Made by a program: the position numbers and the translations under genes. A DNA stretch of 57,618 nt from Candidatus Poribacteria bacterium (lineage in GTDB: Bacteria; Poribacteria; WGA-4E; UBA9662). Positions 21,994 through 32,524 of this stretch are shown one piece after another; the first letter of the stretch is position 1; the number at the start of each line of letters is the position of its first letter. Location of the stretch: the NCBI GenBank assembly GCA_046582655.1, contig JAYGDX010000163.1:1-57618 (forward strand), in the 5' to 3' direction. The notes under the pieces were generated by a model that worked only from the letters and a program-made list of their open reading frames with translations, was not told the origin of the DNA and did not search any database.

Positions 21994-23466
21994 TTGGAAG
22001 ACATTAGTGATGTGATGCGTCAGCGCCGAGAAAAAATTGATGAACTTTCTCAACTCGGTGTAGAACTGTATCCGCATAAATATTCTCCTGACCACACTTC
22101 AGCGGGGATTCTTGAGAAATTTGCCGATGCAGAAAATGAACCCGATGAAACGCAACCTGTTGTTATTTCTGGGCGTATCATGACACGTCGAGATCATGGC
22201 AATAGCGGTTTTGCACATCTTCAAGATAGTCGTGGTCAAATTCAAATTTATGTGCGACAGAATAACGTTGGTGCTGATACATACGACATTTACAAGAAAC
22301 TTGACATCGGTGATTTTGTTGGTGTATGCGGCACGGTTTTCCAAACTCGGACGGGAGAGATTACGGTTTCTGCCAGTGAAGTGGTACTCTTATCAAAATC
22401 GTTTCGACCGCTTCCTGAAAAATTTCATGGTTTGCAAGACAAGGAAACGCGCTATCGTCAACGCTACGCTGATCTAATCATGAATCAGGAAGTCAAGGAA
22501 GTTTTTATCAACCGATCAAGAATTATCCAAGCAATACGTGATTTTCTGAACAATTTGGACTATCTTGAGGTTGAAACGCCTATCCTTCAACCGGTCTACG
22601 GTGGTGCAAATGCCCGGCCATTTATGACGCATCACAATGTACTCGATATTCCGCTTTTTCTACGAATAGCTAATGAATTGTATCTGAAGCGATTAATTGT
22701 TGGCGGATTTGACCGGGTTTACGAGTTTGCTAAAGATTTTCGCAACGAAGGGATGGATCGTGACCATAATCCTGAGTTTACTATGATTGAACTCTATCAA
22801 GCTTACGCCGACTATAGAGACATGATGGACCTGACAGAAAACATGATTCTACACACTGTCGAGGCCGTCTTTGATAAAGTTGAAATTAGGTGTCAAGGAA
22901 CACTGATTTCATATGCCTTATCTTGGAAACGTATGACTATGATCGATTCTATTCATGAAGTGGCGGGAATCGATATTGAGACAAAAAGTGACCGTGAACT
23001 TATTGATATTTTGCAGGAATTGGGGGAAGATATAGAGAATAATACCTCACGTGGTAATTTGATCTCCGATTTGTTTGAAGTTTTGGTCGAGCCTAAGTTG
23101 ATTCAACCCACTTTTATTTTTGATTATCCGGTTGAAGTATCGCCGTTAGCCAAGAAGAAACGTGGCAATGAGAAGTTTGTCGAACGGTTTGAACTCTTTA
23201 TCAATGGTATGGAGATTGGTAACGCCTTCAGCGAATTGAATGATCCCGTGGATCAACGGAAACGATTTATTGAACAAGCCAAAAAGCGGGAGTTAGGAGA
23301 TGAAGAAGCGTTTATGATGGATGAAGACTATCTCCGAGCTCTGGAGTACGGCATGCCACCTACTGGTGGATTGGGTATAGGTATTGATCGATTGACAATG
23401 CTTTTGACCGATCAGGGTTCAATTCGTGATGTGATCCTTTTCCCGCAGATGAGACCAGAGCGCTGA
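21994..23466 (+). CDS. lysS: Lysyl-tRNA synthetase (class II)
   Basis: RPLPEKFHGLQDKETRYRQRY, FRNEGMDRDHNPEFTMIE and YGMPPTGGLGIGIDRL. Confidence 0.98.
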   Translation: MEDISDVMRQRREKIDELSQLGVELYPHKYSPDHTSAGILEKFADAENEPDETQPVVISGRIMTRRDHGNSGFAHLQDSRGQIQIYVRQNNVGADTYDIYKKLDIGDFVGVCGTVFQTRTGEITVSASEVVLLSKSFRPLPEKFHGLQDKETRYRQRYADLIMNQEVKEVFINRSRIIQAIRDFLNNLDYLEVETPILQPVYGGANARPFMTHHNVLDIPLFLRIANELYLKRLIVGGFDRVYEFAKDFRNEGMDRDHNPEFTMIELYQAYADYRDMMDLTENMILHTVEAVFDKVEIRCQGTLISYALSWKRMTMIDSIHEVAGIDIETKSDRELIDILQELGEDIENNTSRGNLISDLFEVLVEPKLIQPTFIFDYPVEVSPLAKKKRGNEKFVERFELFINGMEIGNAFSELNDPVDQRKRFIEQAKKRELGDEEAFMMDEDYLRALEYGMPPTGGLGIGIDRLTMLLTDQGSIRDVILFPQMRPER

Positions 23467-24944
23467 TGGGTTTAGCACGAATCCTCTCTTCATTTGAATG
23501 GTTGGTTTCCTCTAGGTATCTGAGGTCAAGACGCAAGCAATCTTTTATCTCAATCATCAGTCTGATTTCGGTTGGAGGCGTTGGCATTGGGGTTGCCACA
23601 GTTATTTTGGTTATATCAGTGATGAACGGCTTTGAACAGAGTTTGAAAGATAAGTTCCTCGTTAATCAGGCACATGTTAACGTTAGATCAGCAAAAGGAT
23701 ATTTCGATAATTATCAGGAACAGATCGACAAAATAGAAAAAATTGAAGATGTGATTGCCGCTTCGCCGGCAATCTATAGCCAACTGGCAATTCAACCAAA
23801 GAGATCGAAACGAATTGAAGGTACAATTTATATTAAAGGAATCAATCCTGTTCTTGAAAATAACGTGACTGGATTTTCAGAATTTGTGGATGGTTCTTTC
23901 GATTTCCACGGTTCTGCTCTTATTGAGGAAGTACGCCGCCGAAGTTCTCAACGTGAGACAATCAAGGGCGGTATTGTCTTGGGTTATAGTGTGGCTAGTC
24001 GACTTGATATCAATAAAGGTGATGTCTTGCGGCTTATTTCTAAGATGGAACCCAATCCGGCCAACCCCAGCACCTTTTTTGCGGATGTGAGTAATTTTGT
24101 GGTTATTGGTCTCTACGAATCTGGAATGTTCGCTTACGACAATGCATTTGGCTTCATCTCACTTGAGATGGCACAAGATCTTTATAATCGGGAAGGACAC
24201 ATAAATCTGGTTCAGGTGCGGACAAGTTCTCCGGAAATCGCCAGCAAAGTAGCCAGCAAAATCCGTCGAGAGATACAATTTTCCAATACAGGGCTTTATT
24301 CCGCTCCAAGAACCAGTACCTGGGTGGAGTCACACGCTGCCCTTTTTGAAGCTATCCAGTTGGAAAAATTAGTCACCGTTGTTATTGAAGCCTTAATCAT
24401 TCTTGTCGCCTCTTTTAATATTGCGAGCACGTTGATCATGATGGTGATGGAAAAAACGCGCGAAATCGGTATTCTTAGATCAATGGGTTCTTCAAAGATG
24501 AAAATTCTGATTATATTTATTTCCCAAGGCTGCATTATTGGTTTCCTTGGTATTGTTTTGGGAACTGTGCTTGGTGTTGGGATCTGTCTCCTGCTTGACT
24601 TGGAAGTCGTCCGTCCTTCACGATGGTTTGCTTTGCTGATTCTGATTCCTATCTTCTTGCAGGTTGCGATTGCATTTCATCGGACCATGCGCAGATCGAT
24701 TAGCTTGAAGTTGGTCATCAGCTTAGTCTGGCTAGGAATAATAGCTTTTGTCCTTTACTGTCTTGTACAGCCGATTCAGATTAACAGCGAGGTTTATCAA
24801 CTGAGTCGGTTGGCGGTTAAAATTGACTGGCCTTTCGTGGGAATTGTTAATGTTCTATCTTTCTTCATTTGTTTGTTAGCAACGCTCTATCCAGCATGGC
24901 AAGCATCAAAGTTGAACCCGATTGAGGCTTTGCGCTATGAGTGA
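23466..24944 (+). CDS. lolC: Lipoprotein-releasing ABC transporter permease (LolC/E family)
   Basis: SRYLRSRRKQSFISIIS..VMNGF, FNIASTLIMMVMEKTREIGILRSMG and YPAWQASKLNPIEALRYE. Confidence 0.9.
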   Translation: MGLARILSSFEWLVSSRYLRSRRKQSFISIISLISVGGVGIGVATVILVISVMNGFEQSLKDKFLVNQAHVNVRSAKGYFDNYQEQIDKIEKIEDVIAASPAIYSQLAIQPKRSKRIEGTIYIKGINPVLENNVTGFSEFVDGSFDFHGSALIEEVRRRSSQRETIKGGIVLGYSVASRLDINKGDVLRLISKMEPNPANPSTFFADVSNFVVIGLYESGMFAYDNAFGFISLEMAQDLYNREGHINLVQVRTSSPEIASKVASKIRREIQFSNTGLYSAPRTSTWVESHAALFEAIQLEKLVTVVIEALIILVASFNIASTLIMMVMEKTREIGILRSMGSSKMKILIIFISQGCIIGFLGIVLGTVLGVGICLLLDLEVVRPSRWFALLILIPIFLQVAIAFHRTMRRSISLKLVISLVWLGIIAFVLYCLVQPIQINSEVYQLSRLAVKIDWPFVGIVNVLSFFICLLATLYPAWQASKLNPIEALRYE

Positions 24945-25647
24945 TCTTATTCGGGTAGTGGATCTATATAAAACGTATGTCGATGCGACTTCTGAAGATA
25001 TTACGACTCAGGTAGAAGTGCTGAAAGGAGTCGATATAGAAGTTAGGCAAGGAGAAATTCTAGCCATTATTGGCAAATCAGGTGTTGGCAAAAGTACCCT
25101 TTTGCATCTGATTGGTGGTTTGGATCGACCGACCAGTGGCAGCGTTTTCTTCAAAGATCAAAATATCTATGCATATAGCGATCGACAGTTGGATCGGTTT
25201 CGGAATTTAGAAATTGGGTTTATCTTTCAGTTTCATCATCTATTACCTGAGTTCACCGCACTTGAAAATATTGCAATCGGTGGGTTGATTGCCAGAAAGA
25301 ATGTTTCGGAGACGTATGGCGCCGCCGGCAAGATTCTAAATTATGTTGATTTAGCCGATCGATCCAGCCATTATCCAAGTGAACTTTCTGGAGGTGAACG
25401 TCAGCGAATCGCTATCGCGCGTGCGTTGATAAATCAACCGAAAGTGATTCTGGCAGATGAGCCTACTGGTAATTTGGATCGGAAAACGAGTGATGATATC
25501 TTAGATCTATTGTGGGATCTCAATGATCGTTTAAACCAAACACTGATTCTAGTGACGCATGATCATGGTTTGGCACAAAGGGCAGATCGAATGGTCCACA
25601 TTGTTGATGGCAGGATAGCGAATCAAAACCAAATTGTCGATACATAG
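24937..25647 (+). CDS. lolD: Lipoprotein-releasing ABC transporter ATPase
   Basis: GKSGVGKST, GFIFQFHHLLPEFTALEN, LSGGERQR and LADEPTGNLD; overlaps the end of lolC/E. Confidence 0.93.
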   Translation: MSDLIRVVDLYKTYVDATSEDITTQVEVLKGVDIEVRQGEILAIIGKSGVGKSTLLHLIGGLDRPTSGSVFFKDQNIYAYSDRQLDRFRNLEIGFIFQFHHLLPEFTALENIAIGGLIARKNVSETYGAAGKILNYVDLADRSSHYPSELSGGERQRIAIARALINQPKVILADEPTGNLDRKTSDDILDLLWDLNDRLNQTLILVTHDHGLAQRADRMVHIVDGRIANQNQIVDT

Positions 25648-25680
25648 AAATAAATTGTGTATAAAGGAAATCCCTAACCC

Positions 25681-26550
25681 ATGATGGTCTACATTGATGG
25701 TCAATTTTTAGCTAAAGCCGATGCTAAGATTTCGGTTTTCGATCACGGTTTGCTTTATGGTGATGGTGTGTTTGAAGGAATCAGATCATACAATGGTTGT
25801 GTATTCAAACTGGATGAGCATCTAAGGAGATTATATGAATCGGCCAAGGCAATATTATTGAACATTCCAATTTCTATCGAAGAAATGGAAATCGCCATAC
25901 TGACCACACTTCGTGAAAATAATCTTCGTGACGCATACATTCGTCTAATTGTTACGCGTGGCGAAGGAGATCTGGGGCTTGATCCTGATAAATGTTCCAA
26001 ATCTTCGATTATCATCATCGCTGATGTCATTACGCTTTACCCCCCGGAATTCTATGATAATGGACTTGAAATTGTCACTGTTGCCTCAACACGGAATCAC
26101 GCGGAAGCTGTGAATCCACGTATTAAGTCGCTTAATTATCTGAATAATATTCTGGCCAAAATTGAAGGTAAACAGGCTGGTGTTGTTGAGGCTCTTATGC
26201 TTAATACAGCGGGTCAAGTGGTTGAGTGTACTGGTGATAACGTGTTTTTTGTTAAGGACAATGTCATTGTAACACCGCCAACGCATGTTGGTATTCTGGA
26301 GGGAATTACGCGAAATGCGGTCATTGACTTGGCCTGTGATCGAGGCTACACGGTTGAGGAAAAGGTTTTCACCCGCCATGATTTGTATATTGCTGACGAA
26401 TGTTTTTTAACCGGAACAGCGGCAGAGGTCATTCCGGTCGTTGTGATTGACAAACGTATCATCGGTGATGGGAAACCGAGCAGAATTACACGGATTCTCA
26501 TGGAAGAATTCCATAAACTTACTCAGGTAACTGGCACACCAATTTATTAG
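25681..26550 (+). CDS. ilvE: Branched-chain amino acid aminotransferase
   Basis: DHGLLYGDGVFEGIR, KSLNYLNNILAKIE, LEGITR and ECFLTGTAAEVIPV. Confidence 0.95.
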   Translation: MMVYIDGQFLAKADAKISVFDHGLLYGDGVFEGIRSYNGCVFKLDEHLRRLYESAKAILLNIPISIEEMEIAILTTLRENNLRDAYIRLIVTRGEGDLGLDPDKCSKSSIIIIADVITLYPPEFYDNGLEIVTVASTRNHAEAVNPRIKSLNYLNNILAKIEGKQAGVVEALMLNTAGQVVECTGDNVFFVKDNVIVTPPTHVGILEGITRNAVIDLACDRGYTVEEKVFTRHDLYIADECFLTGTAAEVIPVVVIDKRIIGDGKPSRITRILMEEFHKLTQVTGTPIY

Positions 26551-26552
26551 GG

Positions 26553-28979
26553 ATGGAAATGCAAAAAACCGCAATTGTTTTTATCTTGCTGTTGTTTGTT
26601 GGCGTATTTAGTTACTCTCAGGAACCTTCGAAAGTTAAGGGTTCCCAAAAGGTCGATAATCCCTTGAGTGTGCAGAAGATATCGTTCAAAGGTTTGAGTA
26701 AGGTTCCTGAAGATATGCTCCGCTCTATCGTACAAACAAGAATTGGTCAAGAAATAGATCCGGATCGACTATCTAAAGATATTAAGAACCTTTATAAAGA
26801 TACTGGCCTCTTTTCTGATATTATGGTCGATGTGGAAACGGCTGAAGATGGTGGGTTGAATGTCATATTCAATGTTAAGGAGAGCCCGAAGATTGAGGGT
26901 CAAATAAATATTATTGGTAATGAGAAGATTAAGTTTGGAAAAATCAAAGAGGCGATTACTTTGAAGCCAGGTGAGATTTATAATCAACGTCTCAGTTGGC
27001 GAAGTGAACAGTCAATTCTCCAGCTTTACAAGGAGAAAGGGTATTATCTGGCCAGCGTAAAGGCTTATACTGATCTCAATCCTGAGGCTAATATTGTTTC
27101 AGTCACGTTCGAGGTTAATGAAGGTGAGCGGATCAAGATTCAAGAGATTAATCTTTATGGTAATGAGGGGGTGTCGTCGGAGAAATTGCGAAAAAAGATT
27201 AAGACGCGTGTGGGTAAACGTTTTGATGAAGCAATTTTTGAGGAAGATCTCACCCGTCTTCTGACTTTTTATCAAGACAATGGGTATGCACAGTCTAAGT
27301 TGGTCAAACACGAAAAGCGTTTTACTGAAGATAAAATTGGTATTATCGTCGAAATCGAAATTGACGAAGGTCCGCAATACATCATTAACGAATATGATAT
27401 GAAAGTTAGTTACTCAGAAAAACCTGCCTTCAAACAAGAGAAGATTCAAGGGATGATCAACCCCGCGGAAGGAGAAATTTTTGATCGTGGCGAATTTGAA
27501 AAGTCCATCTTAGAAATCAAGCAGCTTTACAGTGAAGAAGGCTATGTTTTGATGACGTTGAATCCAATTCCGTCCTACAATGAGCAAGAAGGCTATGTTG
27601 ACTTTCTGATTGAAATTGATGAAGGTAGTGTAATTGTTATCGATCAGGTCAAGATCAATGGTCTAATTAAGACTAAGGAGAAGGTCGTTCGTCGAGAACT
27701 TGATCAACTCAAGATTAAAACAGGGGAGTTCTTGGATATGAAAGCGCTGCGTAAGGCTCGGCAGCGTCTTTTCCAGATGGGATTCCTCAGAAACGTCGAA
27801 TTTATCCCTAGTAACACAGAAGGGCAGAAACGAAATCTCAATGTTAATTTGGATGAATCACCCCGAACCGGTATGTTTTCGCTCGGTGGTGGTTACGGAA
27901 GTGAAGGGGGACTTTTTGGTATCGCTGAGGTTGGTGAAAATAATCTGATGGGTCAGGCTTATAACATCCATCTCAAGGGAGAAGTAGGAACGTGGTATCG
28001 GCGCACTGCTGAACTCCGGTTGGGTACACCTTGGGTTCTTGGGTCGCCCACCCGTGCCAATATAAGAATATATAATAACACTTTTACCCGACGTTATTAC
28101 CGCGGTCTAACCAGCTATTCCAGTGGACTGACTGATATCTCATATCGTCATGTTCGATATATCGATAAGCGAAAAGGGGTATCGTTGACACTCGGACGGC
28201 CGATTTTCGAGGATATTGATGCTTCAATACGTTTTCGCAATGAGGACGCAAATGTAAAACATAGGAAAACAACCCAAGGTGGTGGAATTGAACTAGAAAA
28301 CTATCTCGATCGGTTCACTCGAAGTTTGACTTTAATGTTATCCAGGGATACACGCGATTACCGAACATCGTTGTATCACCCGATTTCCGGTGCGTATGGT
28401 ACAATCTCATACGAATATTCCGGTGGCTTTCTTGGGGCTGACAATAATTTCCGCAAATATTCTTTAGATTTCAGTTGGTTTTTAAAGACATGGCAGAATT
28501 TTGTGTTTGCCTCGCATCTAAACGGTGGTATTCTTGATAGCAGGACATCTACTAAAAGCAGTGGTAGCTACTATGATTCATACAGAATAGATCCGCTTTA
28601 CTTCGAGCGTTTTTGGATAGGAGGCATTGACACAGTCCGTGGATACGAGGATTTTGAAATTGTGCCCACCGATGGTCCTCGGGGGTATAACCCCAACGGA
28701 GGAAATAAACAAATTTATGCTAATTTTGAGTATCGCGTCCCTGTTTCCCCACAACTGACGGGGGTACTATTCTTCGATGTTGGAAATGTCTGGCAGCAAA
28801 GTTTATCCAACATATCTCGTAAAGACCTGGATTTTAAAAAGGGGGTTGGTGTTGGTATTCGGTTTGATCTCGGTGGAGGCATGCTGGTTAGACTTGAGTA
28901 TGGTTTTCCCTTGGATCGCGATCTGTGGGTTAGCGATAGAAGCGGGAAATTTCATTTTTCAGTCGGTCCAGGATTTTAA
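26553..28979 (+). CDS. bamA: Outer membrane protein assembly factor BamA
   Basis: Signal peptide, repeated POTRA-like domains, VRGYE lid motif and C-terminal FHFSVGPGF. Confidence 0.93.
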   Translation: MEMQKTAIVFILLLFVGVFSYSQEPSKVKGSQKVDNPLSVQKISFKGLSKVPEDMLRSIVQTRIGQEIDPDRLSKDIKNLYKDTGLFSDIMVDVETAEDGGLNVIFNVKESPKIEGQINIIGNEKIKFGKIKEAITLKPGEIYNQRLSWRSEQSILQLYKEKGYYLASVKAYTDLNPEANIVSVTFEVNEGERIKIQEINLYGNEGVSSEKLRKKIKTRVGKRFDEAIFEEDLTRLLTFYQDNGYAQSKLVKHEKRFTEDKIGIIVEIEIDEGPQYIINEYDMKVSYSEKPAFKQEKIQGMINPAEGEIFDRGEFEKSILEIKQLYSEEGYVLMTLNPIPSYNEQEGYVDFLIEIDEGSVIVIDQVKINGLIKTKEKVVRRELDQLKIKTGEFLDMKALRKARQRLFQMGFLRNVEFIPSNTEGQKRNLNVNLDESPRTGMFSLGGGYGSEGGLFGIAEVGENNLMGQAYNIHLKGEVGTWYRRTAELRLGTPWVLGSPTRANIRIYNNTFTRRYYRGLTSYSSGLTDISYRHVRYIDKRKGVSLTLGRPIFEDIDASIRFRNEDANVKHRKTTQGGGIELENYLDRFTRSLTLMLSRDTRDYRTSLYHPISGAYGTISYEYSGGFLGADNNFRKYSLDFSWFLKTWQNFVFASHLNGGILDSRTSTKSSGSYYDSYRIDPLYFERFWIGGIDTVRGYEDFEIVPTDGPRGYNPNGGNKQIYANFEYRVPVSPQLTGVLFFDVGNVWQQSLSNISRKDLDFKKGVGVGIRFDLGGGMLVRLEYGFPLDRDLWVSDRSGKFHFSVGPGF

Positions 28980-29024
28980 AAGAGATAACGTTTAAATATT
29001 TAATTATGTAAGGGATTTTATCTT

Positions 29025-29606
29025 ATGAATGTTACGCAGAAAAATCGACAAGCAATAAAAATGCATTTTGGGCGATTTGTTGTGGTTTTGATTAGTATCT
29101 TCGGTTTGTGTCTTGGTGTTAGTGCGCAAGAATTTAAACTAGGTATCATCAATACGCAAAAAGTTGTCGAGAGTTACAGTAAAGCAATTGAAGCTGATAC
29201 AGAGCTGAAAACTTTACAGGATCGTCTTACTACCCGGTTAAAAAAGCTTGAGGATGAGATTATTACCATGGAAGAGCGATTAACTAAGCAGGAACTCTTT
29301 CTTGATGAGGATACCGTTAAATCTTCCCAAGCGGATATTGTTCGAAAACAGGATGAGTACCGTCAGAAGCTAAAGGTTGGTCAAGAATCCCTGATGGAGA
29401 AGCAGAAGGAGTTGTTAGAACCCATTCTGCAGGAGGTAAAGGACTTGATTATCCAAATTGGTAAGGAGGAAAACTTCAGCTTAATTCTAGATAAGCAGGC
29501 TGCACTTTTTGTTAAACCTGAGTATGATTTGACTGATAGTTTAATTCAGCAATTGAACGAACAGTACAAAAAGGGTGGGCAGGATGAAGATAATCCAAAT
29601 GAGTAG
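29025..29606 (+). CDS. skp: OmpH/Skp periplasmic chaperone
   Basis: AQEFKLGIINTQKVV, coiled-coil body, FSLILDK and YDLTDSLIQQLN; canonical position after bamA. Confidence 0.9.
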   Translation: MNVTQKNRQAIKMHFGRFVVVLISIFGLCLGVSAQEFKLGIINTQKVVESYSKAIEADTELKTLQDRLTTRLKKLEDEIITMEERLTKQELFLDEDTVKSSQADIVRKQDEYRQKLKVGQESLMEKQKELLEPILQEVKDLIIQIGKEENFSLILDKQAALFVKPEYDLTDSLIQQLNEQYKKGGQDEDNPNE

Positions 29607-29683
29607 TTGCATCGGTTAAGGACAACGTCGGAACTCAACAGAAACTGTGGTAATAGTAAAACTTTGTGGGGGGTAGAAGTACC

Positions 29684-30730
29684 ATGGTCCTAAAGTTAGT
29701 CGAAATTAGTGAGATTATTGTAGGCGAACTGATTGGTAATGGTGCGATTGAAATCTATGGTGTTTCTGGTATTGAGGAAGCACGAAAGAACGAAATTACC
29801 TTTTTGGCCAACCCGAAATATCGCTTTGCTATGAAGAATACTCAGGCTTCGGCAGTGATTGTGGGAAAAGGCGTTTCAGCTAATGGCAGCAAGTCACTGA
29901 TTCGTGTTGATGATCCTTATCATGCTTTCATAGCGGTGTTAAAGATTTTTTCTGAAGGGGAACAGTGTCCCAAACCAGGGATTTCGTCTTCAGCAAAGAT
30001 TGGAAATAATGTTAAGTGTGGCGATGGTGTGAGCATTCAAGCTTACGTTATTATTGAAGATAACGTTACAATTGGTAATGATACGGTAATCGGAGCTTCA
30101 ACTTTTATTGGTGATTCAGCAGAAATTGGAAGCCAAACCTACATCTATCCGAATGTGACGGTCCGAGAAAAAGTAAGAATTGGTAATTCTGTGATTCTTC
30201 ATAGTGGAACAGTCGTTGGTAGTGATGGGTTTGGTTACGCAACGGTGGGGGAGACTCATCATAAGATCCCTCAATTTGGAACGGTCATCATTGAAGATGA
30301 TGTGGAGATTGGAGCTAATTCGACAGTTGATCGGGCAACCATCAACAACCGGGCAACCATTATTCGACGTGGTACAAAAATCGATAATCTGGTACAAGTG
30401 GCTCACAATGTTGAGATCGGCGAAAACTGCCGAATTGCGGCACTTACAGGGATTTCGGGAAGTGTCAAGATTGGGGATCGGGTCACGCTAGCAGGTCAAT
30501 CCGGGGTTGTCGGACATCTAACAATTGGTAGCGACAATATTGCCTTGGCTAAGTCAGGAATTACCAAAAATTTGCCGGATCGAGCTGGGAAGGTCTCTGG
30601 GTTTCCGGCAAGGGCACATAATCAACAACTGAAAATTCAAGCCTTAAACCAAAAGTTACCCTCGACTCTTCAAGAAATCTCTGAATTATGTGATCGTATT
30701 GAGGAGTTAGAAAAAAAATTAGGCATCTAG
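29684..30730 (+). CDS. lpxD: UDP-3-O-(3-hydroxyacyl)glucosamine N-acyltransferase
   Basis: ITFLANPKY, hexapeptide repeats, GSDGFGY, DVEIGANSTVDRA and TKIDNLVQVAHNV. Confidence 0.96.
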   Translation: MVLKLVEISEIIVGELIGNGAIEIYGVSGIEEARKNEITFLANPKYRFAMKNTQASAVIVGKGVSANGSKSLIRVDDPYHAFIAVLKIFSEGEQCPKPGISSSAKIGNNVKCGDGVSIQAYVIIEDNVTIGNDTVIGASTFIGDSAEIGSQTYIYPNVTVREKVRIGNSVILHSGTVVGSDGFGYATVGETHHKIPQFGTVIIEDDVEIGANSTVDRATINNRATIIRRGTKIDNLVQVAHNVEIGENCRIAALTGISGSVKIGDRVTLAGQSGVVGHLTIGSDNIALAKSGITKNLPDRAGKVSGFPARAHNQQLKIQALNQKLPSTLQEISELCDRIEELEKKLGI

Positions 30731-30733
30731 AAC

Positions 30734-31654
30734 TTGCTTCCAATTTTTGATTATCTGATTGTCCTGCGACCCACACTACTTATTCCAGTATGGACACTTG
30801 TATTGGTTGGTTATTATCATGCAGGACAGGTTGACGTGCCCATTCGATTGAGTTTCAATTGGTGTGTTTTGTCAACCTTATGTTTATATTCGATGCTATC
30901 AGGAGGATGTTATATTGTTAACCAAATTGTTGATCGAGAAACTGACGAAGTAAATGATAAGCTTTATCTCATTGAACAAGGCTATGTCAAAATCCCGATT
31001 CTTAAGGTTGAAGCGATGGTATTAATTGTGGGGGCGATTATTTGGTCGGCTCTGCAATTTCGGAATAACATTACCTATCTTGTTCTGATTGTTATCTCGA
31101 CTGTTCTAGGGCTGATGTACTCGGTTCGACCGATCCGGCTCAAAGGGAAACCGATTGTCGATCTGCTAGTTAACGCGATTGGATACGGTTGCATTGCTTT
31201 TCTCATTGGTTGGGTTTCAGTTTCGTCAGTATCGTCAGTGGCACTTCAACGGTCAATACCCTATGTATTGTGTGTAGCAGCGGCCTTTGTTAATACTACG
31301 TTGCCTGATCTTACTGGAGATCGTAGCAAAAATGATATCACAACCGGAATTCTACTTGGGATTCGGCGCTCGTGCCAGTTTAGTTTAGCTCTGCTCGTTT
31401 GCGCAATTCTTGCTTCTCTTTGGATGGATGATTGGATTGCGCTAACTACAACCATCATTTGCTTCCCATTTTTTGTTTACATGAATTTTAAAAAGGAAAC
31501 AAAAGCAATCATTTTATCCACACGTATTGGAATCTTGGCTCTTTCACTCATTGTTTGTATTCTCATCCCAATGTATGCAATACTGTTTATCAGCACAATT
31601 TTTTTGGTTCGATGGTATTATGTCGTTAGACTCGGAATAAAATATCCGTGGTGA
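30734..31654 (+). CDS. UbiA-superfamily membrane prenyltransferase (uncharacterised paralog)
   Basis: Multi-TM; LRP near the N-terminus, aspartate-rich NQIVDRETDEVND, YSVRPIRLK and a second motif NTTLPDLTGD. Confidence 0.85.
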   Translation: MLPIFDYLIVLRPTLLIPVWTLVLVGYYHAGQVDVPIRLSFNWCVLSTLCLYSMLSGGCYIVNQIVDRETDEVNDKLYLIEQGYVKIPILKVEAMVLIVGAIIWSALQFRNNITYLVLIVISTVLGLMYSVRPIRLKGKPIVDLLVNAIGYGCIAFLIGWVSVSSVSSVALQRSIPYVLCVAAAFVNTTLPDLTGDRSKNDITTGILLGIRRSCQFSLALLVCAILASLWMDDWIALTTTIICFPFFVYMNFKKETKAIILSTRIGILALSLIVCILIPMYAILFISTIFLVRWYYVVRLGIKYPW

Positions 31655-32499
31655 GTTTTGTCCGCTCAGTTATTGCATATGTCGAGTTGTTGCGTCCGAT
31701 AAATGGGCTGATCGCTTTTATCTCTGTATTTTTGGGAGCGGTCTTTGCAAATGGTTCTTTTACCTCCAACACATTAATCGTGGCTATCTCAGCGTTTTTG
31801 GTTTTATCAGCTGGCAATGCGATTAACGACTTTTGTGATTACCAAATTGATGGTATCAATAAACCGATGCGACCAATTCCTTCACAACGTATTCAGCGTC
31901 AGCATGCACTCATTTTTTCGTTGATTTTGTTGTTAATAGGACTGTTACTTGGTTTTTTTACTGGTAGCATACAAGCGATTGTTATTGTCACCATTGTTTC
32001 AATTACACTATTTCTCTACGCAGTTTGGCTTAAAAAAACGCCATTAATAGGCAACGTTGTCGTGGGTGCCCTGACGGGGGTTACCTTTATCGCAGGTGGG
32101 GTCACAGTGAGGTCGATGAAAGGCACGATTGTCCCAGCGGCTTTTGCTTTTTTGTTTACGACGGCACGCGAAATTATCAAAGATATCGAAGATATTGAAG
32201 GAGATGTTGCTCTAGGAGCCGGAACAATTGCTGTTCGATGGGGCAAGCAGGTTGCGGCTTTGGTTGCTTCTGTGTTTATGTTGGCCTTAATTTTTTTTAG
32301 CTTGGTACCATACTTACTAGGTCTGTTCTCTTGGATATATTTGGTGATGGTGACAGTTGGGGTTGATTTCGTTCTTATTTTCTTGTTAGTCCAGTTGTGG
32401 AGGGATACTTCGAAAGAGAATTGTGCCAAGATCCAGCAGTGGATGAAGCTGGATATTTTTGTTGGTCTCTTTACCATATATCTGGGTTCTTTTGTGTGA
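31648..32499 (+). CDS. Digeranylgeranylglyceryl phosphate synthase-like UbiA prenyltransferase (DGGGPS)
   Basis: ELLRPIN, AGNAINDFCDYQIDGINKPMRPIPS, YAVWLKKTPLIGNVVV and AREIIKDIEDIEGD match archaeal DGGGPS signatures as recalled; a GGGPS gene lies in the same cluster. Confidence 0.85.
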   Translation: MVSFVRSVIAYVELLRPINGLIAFISVFLGAVFANGSFTSNTLIVAISAFLVLSAGNAINDFCDYQIDGINKPMRPIPSQRIQRQHALIFSLILLLIGLLLGFFTGSIQAIVIVTIVSITLFLYAVWLKKTPLIGNVVVGALTGVTFIAGGVTVRSMKGTIVPAAFAFLFTTAREIIKDIEDIEGDVALGAGTIAVRWGKQVAALVASVFMLALIFFSLVPYLLGLFSWIYLVMVTVGVDFVLIFLLVQLWRDTSKENCAKIQQWMKLDIFVGLFTIYLGSFV

Positions 32500-32524
32500 A
32501 TCTATTTGAGAAGGAGTTAATTGT

